A stretch of DNA of 63,209 nucleotides, filler included, from Collodictyon triciliatum (GCA_043381765.1; 8 parts of 8 records of this genome joined end to end with filler, not necessarily neighbours in it), one strand, 5' to 3'. Shown: positions 47,441-60,319, counted from the whole stretch's first letter. Numbers and translations: made by a program. The notes: generated by a model from the sequence alone, not told the origin.

Positions 47441-49449
47441 ATGCATATTTGGAAGGATTAAAAGAACTTTCTTGAGTATATTTTTAGCGCTTTTAAAGTC
47501 CCTTGTCAAGGATATAGTTTGTTTGTTTTCTGAGCGATTGCATTCTTTACATATGAGACATATATACATCTGTTTTGAATTTCCTTTCGGTTGCATATAT
47601 TCCAGCTCTTTTTCGCAGTTGCAGCACATCTTGGAGGTTCTAAATTCATCTATACTAACTATCAAAACGTTTGTATAGTATTTTTCGTAATCTTCCAATT
47701 GTTGGCATAAAATGTTTTATCGGAGATTTTCTGCTCCAGTCTCCAACGCCAGTACAACATCCTTGCCAAATGTCTTTTCAATTCAGTCCATAAACAATTG
47801 TTCACTTCTTTTTTTTACTAACATACTGTCTCCATCTCATCTTTCGAAAAGTGACTTGTTCATAAAATCTGGATAATTCTATCTGGTATCTTGGTTTCAT
47901 AGATACATATTTTCGAAGTTTTTCATAATCGACCGTGCATAAATTATGTTTACTCAATTCTGTCTCTAAATCGATTAAAGATACTCTTGACGTCTCAAAT
48001 AGCTGATTCTCTTCAAAAGTCTTGAGACCAAAATAAACAGCACTTTGTAAACCTGTTGCCATGCATATCCCTGAAGCATTGTACTTTTTTTTTTCTCGCG
48101 CAAGAGTATTTTGTGATTTTTAAGAGATTTGCTATCATGTCTTTTTTGGTGCGGTGTAACGTAATTTCTTACCTGTCTCATCCACCATGTAAACCAAATC
48201 AAACTTACATGCATCCACTCCAACTATTATTTTTTTGTCGCTAATAAAGATAACTGCTCTTCGGAAAGTTCATCTATATAATCATTTTGGGGGGTTTTTT
48301 TTTGATTTTTTTGAATTTGAATTTGAAATAGCTTTCTTTTCAAACAGTAAAGACACCACCAAGTCGCCTGTTTGTGTCATATATTTAAAATTGTAATCTC
48401 TCTGATGAAAGACCCTCTTCTTCATTTCAAAGAACTTATCCCATAGTGTCTCTTTGCATCCTGATATATTCTTCATTAATGATGTTTTTTTTTTTTTACA
48501 GATAATGCTAATAGATATATCAAACATGCAGTATCTATAGTAACATGACATGGCGTATTGTTAGTTCTTACAGAGATTGGTTGAAACAGTTTCGTTACAA
48601 TGTCCCAAAAATGCGATTCATGTAAATCTGACATGGAATGTACTTATTTGGATTGACTTTGGCGTCATATTCGATCCCTTTTGCAATATCGCTGGGAATG
48701 ATATGATGCAAATGCGTTATAGCCCATCCTTAATATTGCTCCGGTATTTCGAGTTTCTTGAAGATGGTCTTTTTTAACTTTCGTAACTCTGCCTTTTTAA
48801 TAGCTTTCATAATATTCTCATCTTTAGGAACTATTTGATTTATAAAGCGCATTAACCTCTTTACAAATGTTCCTTAATTTTATTATGATAAGCTGTTAGC
48901 ATTTACTTCGCTAAGTACGGCAGTACATGAGACAGTCCAACCAATGGAAAGCATTCTTCTTGGGACAAAAGGAATCGAAAATCGTAGAGATAAAAAGTCA
49001 TCATGTCTTTACTCATTTCTGGATTTTCTTAATCTTGCGGGTCTGTCTTGTGAAACTATTCCGACTGTCTTTAAAGCGAACAAAAAAACAAAAAACAAAA
49101 AACAAAAAACAAAAAACAAAAAACAAAAAACAAAAAACAAAAAACAAAAAACAAAAAACAAAAAACAAAAAACAAAAACAAACAAACAAACAAACAAACA
49201 AACAAACAAACAAACAAACAAACAAACAAACATTTCATCGATTGTTGGGACTTGTTGTGATTTCAATATGTAACATCTTGCAGACAGATAAGTGTCAGTG
49301 ACCAAATTATGACACAATAAAACCGTATCGTTGATTTTGTAATCGTCATCCAGATTCTTTACAATCGACTTTAGAGATGTTTTCACATTTCGCTAGCCTG
49401 GTTTTACATGCTTTAGATTCTCAAACTCAAGATGTTTTCTTTTCTTCAT
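47440..49449 (-). pseudogene. Fanzor1 (TnpB-derived RNA-guided endonuclease) pseudogene
   Basis: Collinear frameshifted fragments: VKTSLKSI, LPYLAK*MLTAYHNKIKEH / KRLMRFIN, YDAKVNPNKY...IYMN, YNFKYMTQTGDLVVSLLF, RuvC-I VGVDACKFDLVYMVD, FRKMRWRQY, GDWS, RuvC-II IDEFRTSKMCCNC, CKEC, RuvC-III TRDFKSAKNI. Confidence 0.85.
49078..49231. repeat. (AAAAAAC)n/(AAAC)n microsatellite inside the Fanzor pseudogene
   Basis: Visible tandem repeat lying between codons IDEMF and FALKTVG. Confidence 0.95.
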
Positions 49450-49963
49450 CTGAAAGTCTTTGTTTTACTTTTTCCTTTTGAAAACTACCAAGTTTTCAAT
49501 TTTGATAAAACTTTAGTCAATCAGTCAATTAGTCAATTTAATAAAAAAAAATGCATTAACTCAATTTATGTAAAATTAAGCATATACTGAGACTCTCAAA
49601 GTGTGCGCATTGCGGTAAACAGACACACAAAGTTTTTTTAGAAGTGATTTGAGACAAAACGCTGAGAGCCGATTCAGCGAGTTCGAAATGACAGCCATAT
49701 AGCCATTGCGGCTGAAAGTCAACATATCGGCCCCAAATAACATGATTACCACCGCAAGTGTGGATAGTATGCTTTTTTGATATGCATGTTTGGTGGCAGG
49801 TTTATAGGGTGGGTTCTGTCTAGGCCAATGCAAGGGCTTGTTTGCAATTTTTGAATTTGTGAATTAATATTACAGAATGGAAAATAAAATGTAAATTGAT
49901 TGTAGGAATAGAGTGAAATAATTTAGTATTTTAAACCTTATTATATTCTAATCACACTATTAT

Positions 49964-50059
49964 ATTATTCAGGTTGTTTCTTGCCAACATCTCAACCATC
50001 CTGCACAAAATTGAAAGGAAGAATAAAAAAAAAAAAAAAATTATTCAGGTTGTTTCTTG
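49964..50059 (+). mobile_element. 5'-truncated poly(A)-tailed retro-insertion with 20-bp target-site duplication
   Basis: ATTATTCAGGTTGTTTCTTG at 49964-49983 and 50040-50059 flanks 56 nt ending in AATAAA that runs into a poly(A) tract. Confidence 0.65.
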
Positions 50060-50744
50060 GATTCATCAAAGCTCCTGCTTTTGTCTATCCATATTTAATT
50101 CGTTGGTTGTCTGTGCAATAAATGGCTATATATTTATATGGGTACACTTTTGATGTATAAAAAGTGTTGTGACTTGAAAGGGATAAACCCAAGTTCGTCA
50201 CAACCTTTGTAGTGAAGTTTATCCATTTACAGGCTGAATGCGACCGAAGAAAAAAGAAAAAAGAAAAAAGAAAAAAGAAAAAAGAAAAAAGAAAAAAGAA
50301 AAAAGAAAAATAAGAAAATTAGAAAAAAAAGAAAAAAAGAAAAAAAGAAAAAGAAACAGACGAATGAATCAGAGCAACTAACACTGAGCACCATAATCAT
50401 AATTATCTTGTCACGCCCATGGGTCGATGGCTAGAGCTCGATTCGTCTTTTTTTCTTTCCCTTTATTATTCGTTTCAAAGAGCTCGCTCCGTCTTATTAG
50501 TAGGTTGTTGTACTCACAGATCGGTGGCTGGCGGGGTCTTGATCGTCGGCGTGTCTCTGTGCATAACCTGTGTTGCAAGGGATGTGATAAAGTGACCTTT
50601 TCGCTCTCTGCGTTGACTGCGTCGGCCTTCCCGGTTTGCGTACGATCGGTAGGCATTCTGCGGGGTGCCGGTCTCCTGGTAGGCGGTCTCCTGGTAGGCG
50701 GTCTCGTCCTTCTCGAGATCGCTCTTTCCGATCACTTGTGTTTT

Positions 50745-50783
<39 letters not shown>

Positions 50784-50948
50784 TTTTATTCCGGCTTCAC
50801 AATGCAGCAGGTCGAGAAAAGAAGGAAAGGAGGAGCCCCGGTTCAATTATATTTTCTGGAGAATGTGCCCTTTGTCTCTCTCTGTGTTTATTATTTCTCA
50901 GCAAATTAGACTTTTTCTTATTCCTTGTGGTTTTCTATTGCTCCTCTA

Positions 50949-51020
<72 letters not shown>

Positions 51021-51121
51021 GTGTGATCGCCACATTTATTCACATCGGCGCACGATGCAATCGAAACAAACAAACAAACAAACAAACAAACAAACAAACA
51101 AACACACAAACAAACAAAAAA

Positions 51122-51221
51122 NNNNNNNNNNNNNNNNNNNNNNNNNNNNNNNNNNNNNNNNNNNNTTAATTAATTAANNNNNNNNNNNNNNNNNNNNNNN
51201 NNNNNNNNNNNNNNNNNNNNN
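51122..51221. other. Artificial contig spacer
   Basis: N-TTAATTAATTAA-N 100-bp linker. Confidence 0.97.
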
Positions 51222-51392
51222 TATTATTTTATATTATTTTATATTATTTTATATTATTTTATATTATTTTATATTATTTTATATTATTTTATATTATTTT
51301 ATATTATTTTATATTATTTTTTTCGGTCGTATGGACGAAAAAAAATCACTATTTGCTGGGTCGCTACTGCAATACAAAGAGAGAGAAAAAAC

Positions 51393-51507
51393 CTGTGAGC
51401 CTGAGATCCAGAATGAAGTTCTGCGAGAGGCGTTTTGTGGCCTTGAGTCCATAAATGCGGAGGATGTCCTTGATCTTCGGCAGAGACGGCAAAGGAAGCG
51501 TGGTCAT
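51393..51507 (-). CDS. TFB1M: Mitochondrial rRNA dimethyladenosine transferase (KsgA/TFB1M family), exon 1 only
   Basis: [38 protein letters not shown] followed by a GT donor; LSQNF(I/L)LD motif. Confidence 0.85.
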
Positions 51508-51626
51508 CTTGCGTGACAATGGACAAGTATCGGAGTGTGTTTGTCTCTCTGTTCCTCGGTGATGTCCCTTGCAAGTCCCTGCCCGTCTGTTTTCTCCTAG
51601 ACCAAAAGAAAGCAGTTTGAAAAAAT

Positions 51627-51666
51627 TGCGCTCTCCGGGAATCGAACCCGGGTCGACCACGAGCGC
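51627..51666 (-). tRNA. Internally deleted tRNA-Gly-like element (acceptor stem + T arm only)
   Basis: GCGCTCG-TGGTCGAC-CCGGG-TTCGATT-CCCGG-AGAGCGC-A, followed by T6 at 51620-51625; D loop and anticodon arm are missing. Confidence 0.7.
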
Positions 51667-52527
51667 CTCTTATCCCCGAAGGCAGGATATATGACACCTA
51701 AAATACCATAACTTATATTTCTTACTCTGGAAAATTTATTTTAAATAGTACAACTTAGGACAGTAGCGACTCTCAGCACCTAAGGCACCGCGCAAATCAC
51801 ATTTATTAACCACAAGACAACATCTGCCTAGCTGTCCTGGCCTGGAACATGTATTCCAGCAGAACATCCGCCTTAACTCAATGAAAATGCATCAATCAGT
51901 GCACTCTCACCGAAAGTTCTTCGTTAAGTGGGACATGTGTCGAACACTTCCTTTTACGTTTCCTTCTTGTCGCGGCTGTGTGCGTGTGCGTGTGCCGCGC
52001 CAAGTCTCGGTGGTATGAATCAGCCGGATCGGACTGGAAAAGCGGCGACCGTGCCATGCGACAAACAAGACAACGCGTGATACGCGCAGAATAAAAACAG
52101 TACAGAGTTTCTCGCGGCACAAGACTTCTTGCAAGGAAACCTTTGAGCAAGCTCAAATAAAAACAAAAACAAAAACAAAAACAAAAACAAAAATAAAAAA
52201 TCAAAGGAAAAAAATAAAAATAAAAATAAAATACGTGACTGTCAGGACAATAATACATTCACACAAGACTTGGCGCTGGCGCTCGTCCGACTCTGCGGTC
52301 ACAAAGCCTAGTCCGTGACTACGTCCCTTGATCATTCCCCCAAGGAGAAAAAACTGGAATTAATGACAATAAATATCAAAGAATAAAAGATAAATAATAA
52401 TAATAACAATAATGATAATGATAATGATAATGATAGTGATAACGATAACGATGAAGTAAGATAAAGATCAGAACAACCCCAAAGTGACTTTATCCCCTCC
52501 TTTGTTCGTGAGTAGAAGTAACCTGCC

Positions 52528-54074
52528 ATGTCAGAGGAAGACGACTTGGAAATACTTTCAGAGGTGCTCGGTTGGGTCTACTTCTTGGCCTGGAGTGTTT
52601 CATTCTACCCCCAGGTTATCCTGAACTACCAGCGCAAAAGGTTCGACAAGTTCAACCAGATCTCTCTCCTTTGGCTTGCTTGCCTGCTTTTTCTTTCTTT
52701 TTCCTCCCGCTTCTTTCCTTACCGAAGCACACGGCACACCATTTGTCTTAAACAAGGAAAGAAAACTTGGACCAACTCCGCAGCCGATGGCCTCTTTATT
52801 CATCTCTGTGCATACATTATTCAATAGTGTCGTTGGGCTTTCATTCGACTATATCCTATATAATGTAATTGGATTCTCTGCCTATACGGCGTATAATCTG
52901 TATTACTACTTTGAGGAAAAGAAAGATAGCATCAAAATAAACGACCTGTTTTTCGCCATTCACGCGGTGGTCTTGACGCTCGTTACAGTTTTCCAATGCT
53001 ACATTTATGAGGTTTGCGGTTACTTTTCAGCTCTGTCCTGAAACGCAGCTTTGTCCGAATCCAAGTGTAGCCCCAAAAAAGAAAAGAAAAGAAAAAAAAG
53101 AAAAGAAAAAAAAAAGAAAAGAAAAGAAAAGAAAAGATTTGAGCTGCTTTGGAAATCATGTATCTGACTTAGATTCTACCATGACTTCATCACTTACGAC
53201 ACACATAATTTATTTGTAGAAAAAGGATCAGCGAGTCTCCAAAGTGGGGATTATCATTTCGCTTTGTTTTGTGTTGACATCCATTATTGCCGTGATTCTG
53301 GGAGGCTCTGGCTCCGTGGAATGGACAACCTCTATGGATATCCTCGGGTACATTAAATCAGGGACTTCATTTGTGAAGTACGTCCCTCAGGTATATTCGC
53401 TCATATCGTAAGAAGCATGTTTGTATATGTCTTTCAAACAGCAAGATGTGTAAAAGAATGCGGAGTCAAATAACCCGCTACTTCGAATCCAAGCATGGAT
53501 CATCACATTTTGGTTGATAAGCATCTCATTCCCATAACATAGTGGGCTGGGGTGGAATACGTAAGAAGTTAGACATTATAATCAAACACATTATGTCTCC
53601 TCTAGGCCTATATGAACTACAAACGTAAAAGCACTCAGGGCTGGAGCATCCACAATATCCTTTTGGATATCACTGGCGGCCTCTTATCATTTATGCAGCT
53701 TCTCATTGACTCTGAGATTGAAAGTTTGTTCCTCTATCATTCGTGAAAATGTAGTTTTTGATTTTGATTTTGATTTTGATTTTGATTTTGATTTTGATTT
53801 TGATTTTGATTTTGATTTTGATTATTTTAAGATAAAAGAGGACAATAGTGATGTTTTATCATTAATAGATGACTACTCGGAGCTGACTGATAACATCCCG
53901 AAGCTACTCCTCAGCCTCGAGAGTGTATTCTTCGATGTTGTTTTTATTGTCCAGCATTATGTGTTGTATGGAGAAAAGTATGAGCCTCTTGTGGACCCCA
54001 ATGAATATGCTGGTGCCGACGGTTATCGAGCGAACGAAAGCGAAGGACGCCTCAAGGCAAATTCATTTGCTTAG
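52528..54074 (+). CDS. CTNS: Cystinosin-like PQ-loop lysosomal transporter (5 exons)
   Basis: [86 protein letters not shown]. Confidence 0.93.
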
Positions 54075-54836
54075 ACTCCATGAGCAAACTTCAAGGGATT
54101 ACTCTTACAATTATCGGTAGCTGTCACTCACATTTCTACCTCACCTCATCTTTCCTCTTTCCTCGACTCACAACTTGCTTGACCGATCCTCATATCTCAT
54201 AATCCCATCTCTTTGCCAGCCTCTACCTACTCAGATAAAGAAATCATCTAGAAAGAGACTGGTATGACGGTTTTTTTTTTTTTTAGAAATGGCATATTCC
54301 CCACTACAACAATAGTAATGCTTGCCCACACTAACCACGTTTGGATGCCTGATGATTCATATATATTGCATACTTTGCAGCTGTCGTACCACATCTATCA
54401 AGGCAGCTGGCATATATGAATATGTGGGAAAAGGGTATAGCCATACTGTGCTGCCGATAGCCAAGCCTGGCACAGTACCTTTCTTCTGCCTATTCTTTTT
54501 ATTGTGTCAATTTTCCATTTGTTATTTCTTTATATCGGTTTATTCCAAATTACTTTGACAAAAGTCTATTTCAACTTTGACTGCTAAAGAAAAAAAAGAA
54601 GAAAAATAGTGGATGGAGAAGTGGTCGTAAGCTTGTTGCCATGTTTTCCTTGGGATAGAGAGGAACGAGGACGAGGACAAAGTGAAATATGACACTTCTT
54701 GGGAGGGAGTCAAAGTATTGGGCCACTTGTGCGAAGTCGAATAGAATGATACTGGATGAATACTGCTATCCGGTTCTGGGATGCCTATGCGGTTTCTATT
54801 GCGTCATTCTCTCTTTGTCCTTTCATGCTAACCCGC

Positions 54837-57677
54837 CTAATTGCTGATGGGACCTGCTTGAATGACCTCTGCGGCGCAGCCCTCCTCGAATGCGGTGAAG
54901 TTTGTTTGGAAGAGTTTTGCCACTTTAGCCAGTTGTTGGTCATCTGCAAACCAAAGGAAATAATAATAATAATAATAATAAAAAAAAAGTGTTGTATATC
55001 TTTGCCCTTACTCGGGTCGCATGGCACGTCAAAGCACACACACGTCAGAATAGAGAAGTCAAAGTTGATGACGAATCATAATGAAACCACAAAAACACTA
55101 CTATCGCCCTGCTACATAAGATGATTACATTGTTCAACTGAGGGCCACCCAGTACGAGGGGTCAAAACAGTGCTTGGGACACCAGGGCAGGATGAGGGTA
55201 TGGCAAGGTTAAATACCGGCATTACCTGGTGAATGAGTCCAATTATTTATTAATGTTTTTGTAATTATCATTATTTTTTTTTTAAAAAAAAGTTGAACAC
55301 AAGTACACCAGCGTGTCATGACCACCAGTCTTAATGAGTGCTGACCTCATACTCGACTTTCCCCTCTTTCAAATCCCCGTTGTGGATGGCATCGATGATG
55401 GAGCGGGTATACTTCAGACTAATTCTCTTACCAATTCCATATCCACCTTGTCGAAAAGAAAATAATCATTATAGAAAGATTCCTGAATCTGCCAGCATAT
55501 GGCTCTCGATTTTAAATAAAAAAAATATATCAAGAGTTGTTGCGCACAGCCTCACCGAAAATATAGGCTCACCATTTACCCATCCAGTATTTACCAAATA
55601 AGCATCAACGCTATACTGTCTCATCTTCTCGGCGAGGATGGATGCGTACTTTTGTGGGTGCCAAACCATAAATGGTGCTCCAAAGCAGGCAGAGAATGTG
55701 GCGGTGGGTTCTGTAATCCCTACTTCCGTTCCAGCTACTTTTGCAGTGTACTAAAATATGAAACGATGAAGAAGGCTAAATTGCAATTCTAAACATATCA
55801 ATTATTATTTGCGGCTTCATCCTGTAGGTGACTACATATGTTGATTAATGTTCATCGGAGCTCTACTCCTACTCAATGAAACTTACCCCACTGATAAAGT
55901 GATACATAACTTGTTCAGGGGTAAGCTTGGAGACAGGCGGAAGAACACCAAAGGCATCGCACGTCAAGAAAACGATATTCTTTGGGTGCGGACCTGTAAA
56001 ATTACAATTAAATTTACTAAATTATACATAATCACCGCTAAGGTCACCTTTCCCCCTCTCATAATTGTGATGTTTATCGAAAAATGATGAATTATTCGTC
56101 CAATTACCGATGCAGGGGATCTTTGCATTTGGGATATACTCGATTGGATAAGATGCACGAGTATTCTCCGTGATAGTAAGGTCATCAAAGTCTACAGAGC
56201 GATGATGCTCATCGTATACCACGTTTTCCAGGACTGAGCCGAATCGAATGGCATTGTATATTTCTGGTTCGTTCTCCGAAGACAGCTGATGGATGCAGAA
56301 AAAAAGAAAAATGGTTCCCATCAGTCTATTGCTTATAATCTTACAATTTTTAAACTTGTCCTCCTTTTTTTTTTTTTTTTGAGCAGAATGGGATGATAAT
56401 ATGACAATATTAGAGGAAACAGGTCATATTCCCACATTGCAACACTTTGCATAACAGCCCCCTTCAATATTAAAGACACCGTCGTTTGTCCAGCAGTGTT
56501 CGTCATCACCTAAAGATATGACGACGTTAATGTAAATTACAAGTCATCCTGGAGCATTTAATCCATATTTTTCTCATATGTAAATAAATAGAGCCCATGA
56601 TGTTTTGCCTGATCATATTTGCCAGTATTTAATTTTCATAAATATCAACTCCTCACCAATAAGTTTGCGCATGGGGTCTGCAGACAAGGTAGTCTTTCCT
56701 GTCCCACTGAGTCCGAAAAATACTGTGACATCTCCATCTTGGCCTTCGTTGGCACTAGCATGCATGGAAAGAATTCCTTGCTTGGGCATCAAGTAGTTCA
56801 TTATTGTGAAAACACCTTTCTTCATTTCTCCTGCGTACTCTGTTCCGAGAATAACCATCTCTCTGAGACCGAAATGAATGGCCACCGAAGCAGCTGATGT
56901 CATTCCCTCGGTATGGCGGTTTGCGGGAAAAGCACCGGCATTGTATATAGTATAGTCCGGTTCCCCGTAGTTTTCTAGTTGCTCTGGCGTTGGTCTAATA
57001 AGCATGTTCTCCATGAACAAAGCGTGATAGGCTCTGGATGTAATGACCCGTATTTTGATGCGGTGCCTAATTTGCAGAGATAATAAATACAGTTAAGGGA
57101 TGCGTACATGTCGTAGAGAAGGGGAAGTAGGCGAGTATTTGTTGGTTTACTTTCATCTTTGTATAATTGATTGAATACAAAAACCTCTCATCCCATCCAG
57201 CAAATCCATCGACGATGAACAGACGGGGCTGCAGGTTCAGATAGTCGATGGCTCGCTCCCGATTAATTATGAAGGACTTTTCTGGTAGCTTGATATTTAC
57301 TTTGCCCCACCAAACATCCTCCACAGAGCCTGGCTCTTCAACTACTCTCTTGTCACTGGGCGAACGGCCAGTCTTCTTTCCGGAGAGAGTTGCCAGTGCC
57401 CCCGAGCGAACGATGGCACTTCCTTCACGTCGGTATAATGTGAATAGGTGTACCACGATATATAAAGCATATATCTTTCGCGTAATGTGTATGAGAGCCA
57501 TGGATTACCCTCCTCATGTCGGATGGCCAGCTCATATAGCTTTGCAGCAGAGGGGTTTCTCATAATTGTTGCATTCTTCCCCATAATCCCATACTTTTCA
57601 AGACTGGCAACCATCTTGATGAATCGGGTTCTCACAGGAGAGTCCGTGGCAATGGCTGAAGCGATTAGGGATTCCAT
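54837..57677 (-). CDS. pckA: Phosphoenolpyruvate carboxykinase (ATP-dependent)
   Basis: [65 protein letters not shown] introns; TAG at 54837-54839. Confidence 0.96.
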
Positions 57678-58665
57678 TATTTGCACTGTTTTGGTGGTGG
57701 TATTCTAGACAGTTGATACTGGGTATTGAGTTCTTGTTAAATCAAGTATTGCCAAGGTAAAGAGAAACCTTTTATACTTGGTGGTTTGTAAGATAAGGCG
57801 AAACCAAAAGGGTAGTGATTATATCCCCCAGGTTGTGACATTCAGGGACAGACAAAAGTTTTACTTCTGGGGAAACGAAAATTCATTTTCTTTTTGACTA
57901 GCAGTTAAAAAAAAAAACCGAGGTGGGATGGACGTACTGACTGGACCGATAAAAGGAAGCAAAAGGTATCACATTTAACATATAAGTGCCCCAAGAAGCT
58001 GGGTTTGAAATCGAACCCTTGCGTCTTTCTATGTGTTCCAATCGAGACCGTTTTTTATTTCGCACCATTACTCCCTAGAATTAACAGCAAAACAAGGCTG
58101 CTGGGCAGTAGCGCTACTTGTGGTTCTCTATCAGTGTCATGGTGTGGTTTCTCTTTAGGCTGTTTCTGAAGGGGTGCTGATACGCTCTGATTGAATGAGG
58201 GTGAAAGAAAAGTTAGTGGAGGACGACTGAGATACCAAGATTCCCTCAACCGCATCCTACCCACAGGCAAATCATGTGCCTCTAAATACCCCAAAGCAAC
58301 CTAAACACCGCCACGTGATGAACGCGTGTCGCACTCGACCACCGTTCCTCGACATCATCATCATCATCATCATCATCAAAACGAAATTACCTATCGTCAT
58401 CGCCATCGTCACTATCTTCACCACCATAACAAAGTTATCTATCGTCATCCCCTATGACACGCTAATATCCAGTAACTTGCTTGCGTAATCGATGACGCCA
58501 CGCCCAATCGTTTGCCCACCACCTTCTTTCGGACGCACATTTCCTGGCCTCAATTGAGAGTTCAAATCTGGAAAATAAAATATCAGGACGCTGTTGTCTG
58601 ACGAGTTTGCTTTTTACAACCTGACCACTGCCCATCGGCGGCAGAGCGATGTTGGTATCTACCTA

Positions 58666-59576
58666 GTCGACCCGCAAGAAAGAAGTCACAGAGCTTAAGC
58701 ATCAGTTTGGTTCGGTCTGCTATCACTTGGCAAGTATCTCAACTCGGGCTGGACATATGTTAGGTATGAGGATAATGTGTCGCAAGCCCGTTTTGGTTTT
58801 TTTTTTTCTTCTTCTTGACCCACAGTAGTATCTTAGGATGCCCTGTCTATATTTCTTTTACTTTCTATATATTAAAATTATGATTATCATGATTGTAACA
58901 ACTGTTTTTGTAATTGTTTTGAAAAATGCACAAGAATAGATACCTTTTGCACTGGATAGCATGAAACCAGTCGCGTATCCTGAGTTCGTTTGGTATTGTG
59001 CGTCTGGCCGAGATTTTGGAATGCCGTGAAGAAGAATGTGTATCTGTTTCATATTTTCTTTTAGTTGACCTAATATTCTATTTTAATTCTCTCTTTCAAT
59101 TACCATAAAATTAGAGGCGATATTATGCAGAGGAATCACGATTGCTTTGCATATCTGTGTTGGCAACTATTTTTTGGATACCGTGCAGGAGATGGTAGCG
59201 AACAACATGTCCATGCGCGTTCCGATAGAGGTTCATACTTGCATACAAATTTTAGAAGAAAACCGAATGACCTTCTCCCCATGTTCTGGGACTCTTTTCA
59301 TGACGTGTTAGTGAGAGCAAAGTCAATCCAAATGAATTGACAACATCATGACTTTATATAATCGTTTTTAAAGGCACTGAACCACTACGAGACTTTCTAC
59401 CTACGAATCAAATAGTCCAAAATTACATTGTTATCCCCTTTATTTTTCTTTTTAAGAGATACTGCACGTAGGTGCTGCGGCGTTGCTTCGAGGTACTTGG
59501 GGCTCGTTTGCATCCCGCCCAGAATCTGCTGAATCGCCATGATTACGGTGGGAATGAGGTGTTGGTGGAAGAAAAG
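58666..59576 (+). CDS. Probable spliced gene of unknown function (fragmentary exons)
   Basis: Open segments bounded by AG/GT, e.g. SRILSSFGIVRLAEILECREEE and VLRRCFEVLGARLHPAQNLL; splice phases not fully resolved. Confidence 0.3.
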
Positions 59577-60128
59577 GTACGATTCGGGAAGGTGAAAGCG
59601 GATGGGATGGACCTGCCGCTGTTTGGTCTCCTAGTTGGTGTCCATCTAAAAGTTCCAAATTCTTTGGTCCATATGATATAATCCTACAAAGATATCAGCT
59701 TCGTAAGTTAGCATATATAAGTAACTTCTTGTCAGAAGGACTATATCCAGAATGGCTGTATAGTGTAGAATTCATAGCCATATGTGCTTGCTCAAAAATA
59801 GTAACAACACCTCTAACTCACATCATTTTATATTCACCCTTTCTGGAAATCGGATTTCCTCGAAGCACCAGCTCCTTTAAAGCTGGAAAGTGACTCATTC
59901 CTTTTGTTGTAGAGACACGATTTGCAGCTAGATTTAGCTCTTCAAGAACAGGGCAAGTTGGGAGCTCCTAATCCATACCACGAATATTAGGATGTAGCCC
60001 ACCATCGTTTCTTAAATGATACATGATTGAAAAATAATTTTCAGGATTATTCTTTGGTAATAGTAATAATAGTAATAATAGTAATAATAGTAATAATAGT
60101 AATAATAGTAATAATAGTAATAATAGTA

Positions 60129-60219
<91 letters not shown>

Positions 60220-60319
60220 NNNNNNNNNNNNNNNNNNNNNNNNNNNNNNNNNNNNNNNNNNNNTTAATTAATTAANNNNNNNNNNNNNNNNNNNNNNNNN
60301 NNNNNNNNNNNNNNNNNNN
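60220..60319. other. Artificial contig spacer
   Basis: N-TTAATTAATTAA-N 100-bp linker. Confidence 0.97.

Noticed and set aside
50411-50730. Arg/Asp-rich exon-like segment with a 15-bp tandem duplication (minus strand)
   Set aside because: It may be the 3' end of a gene, but frame and identity cannot be supported.
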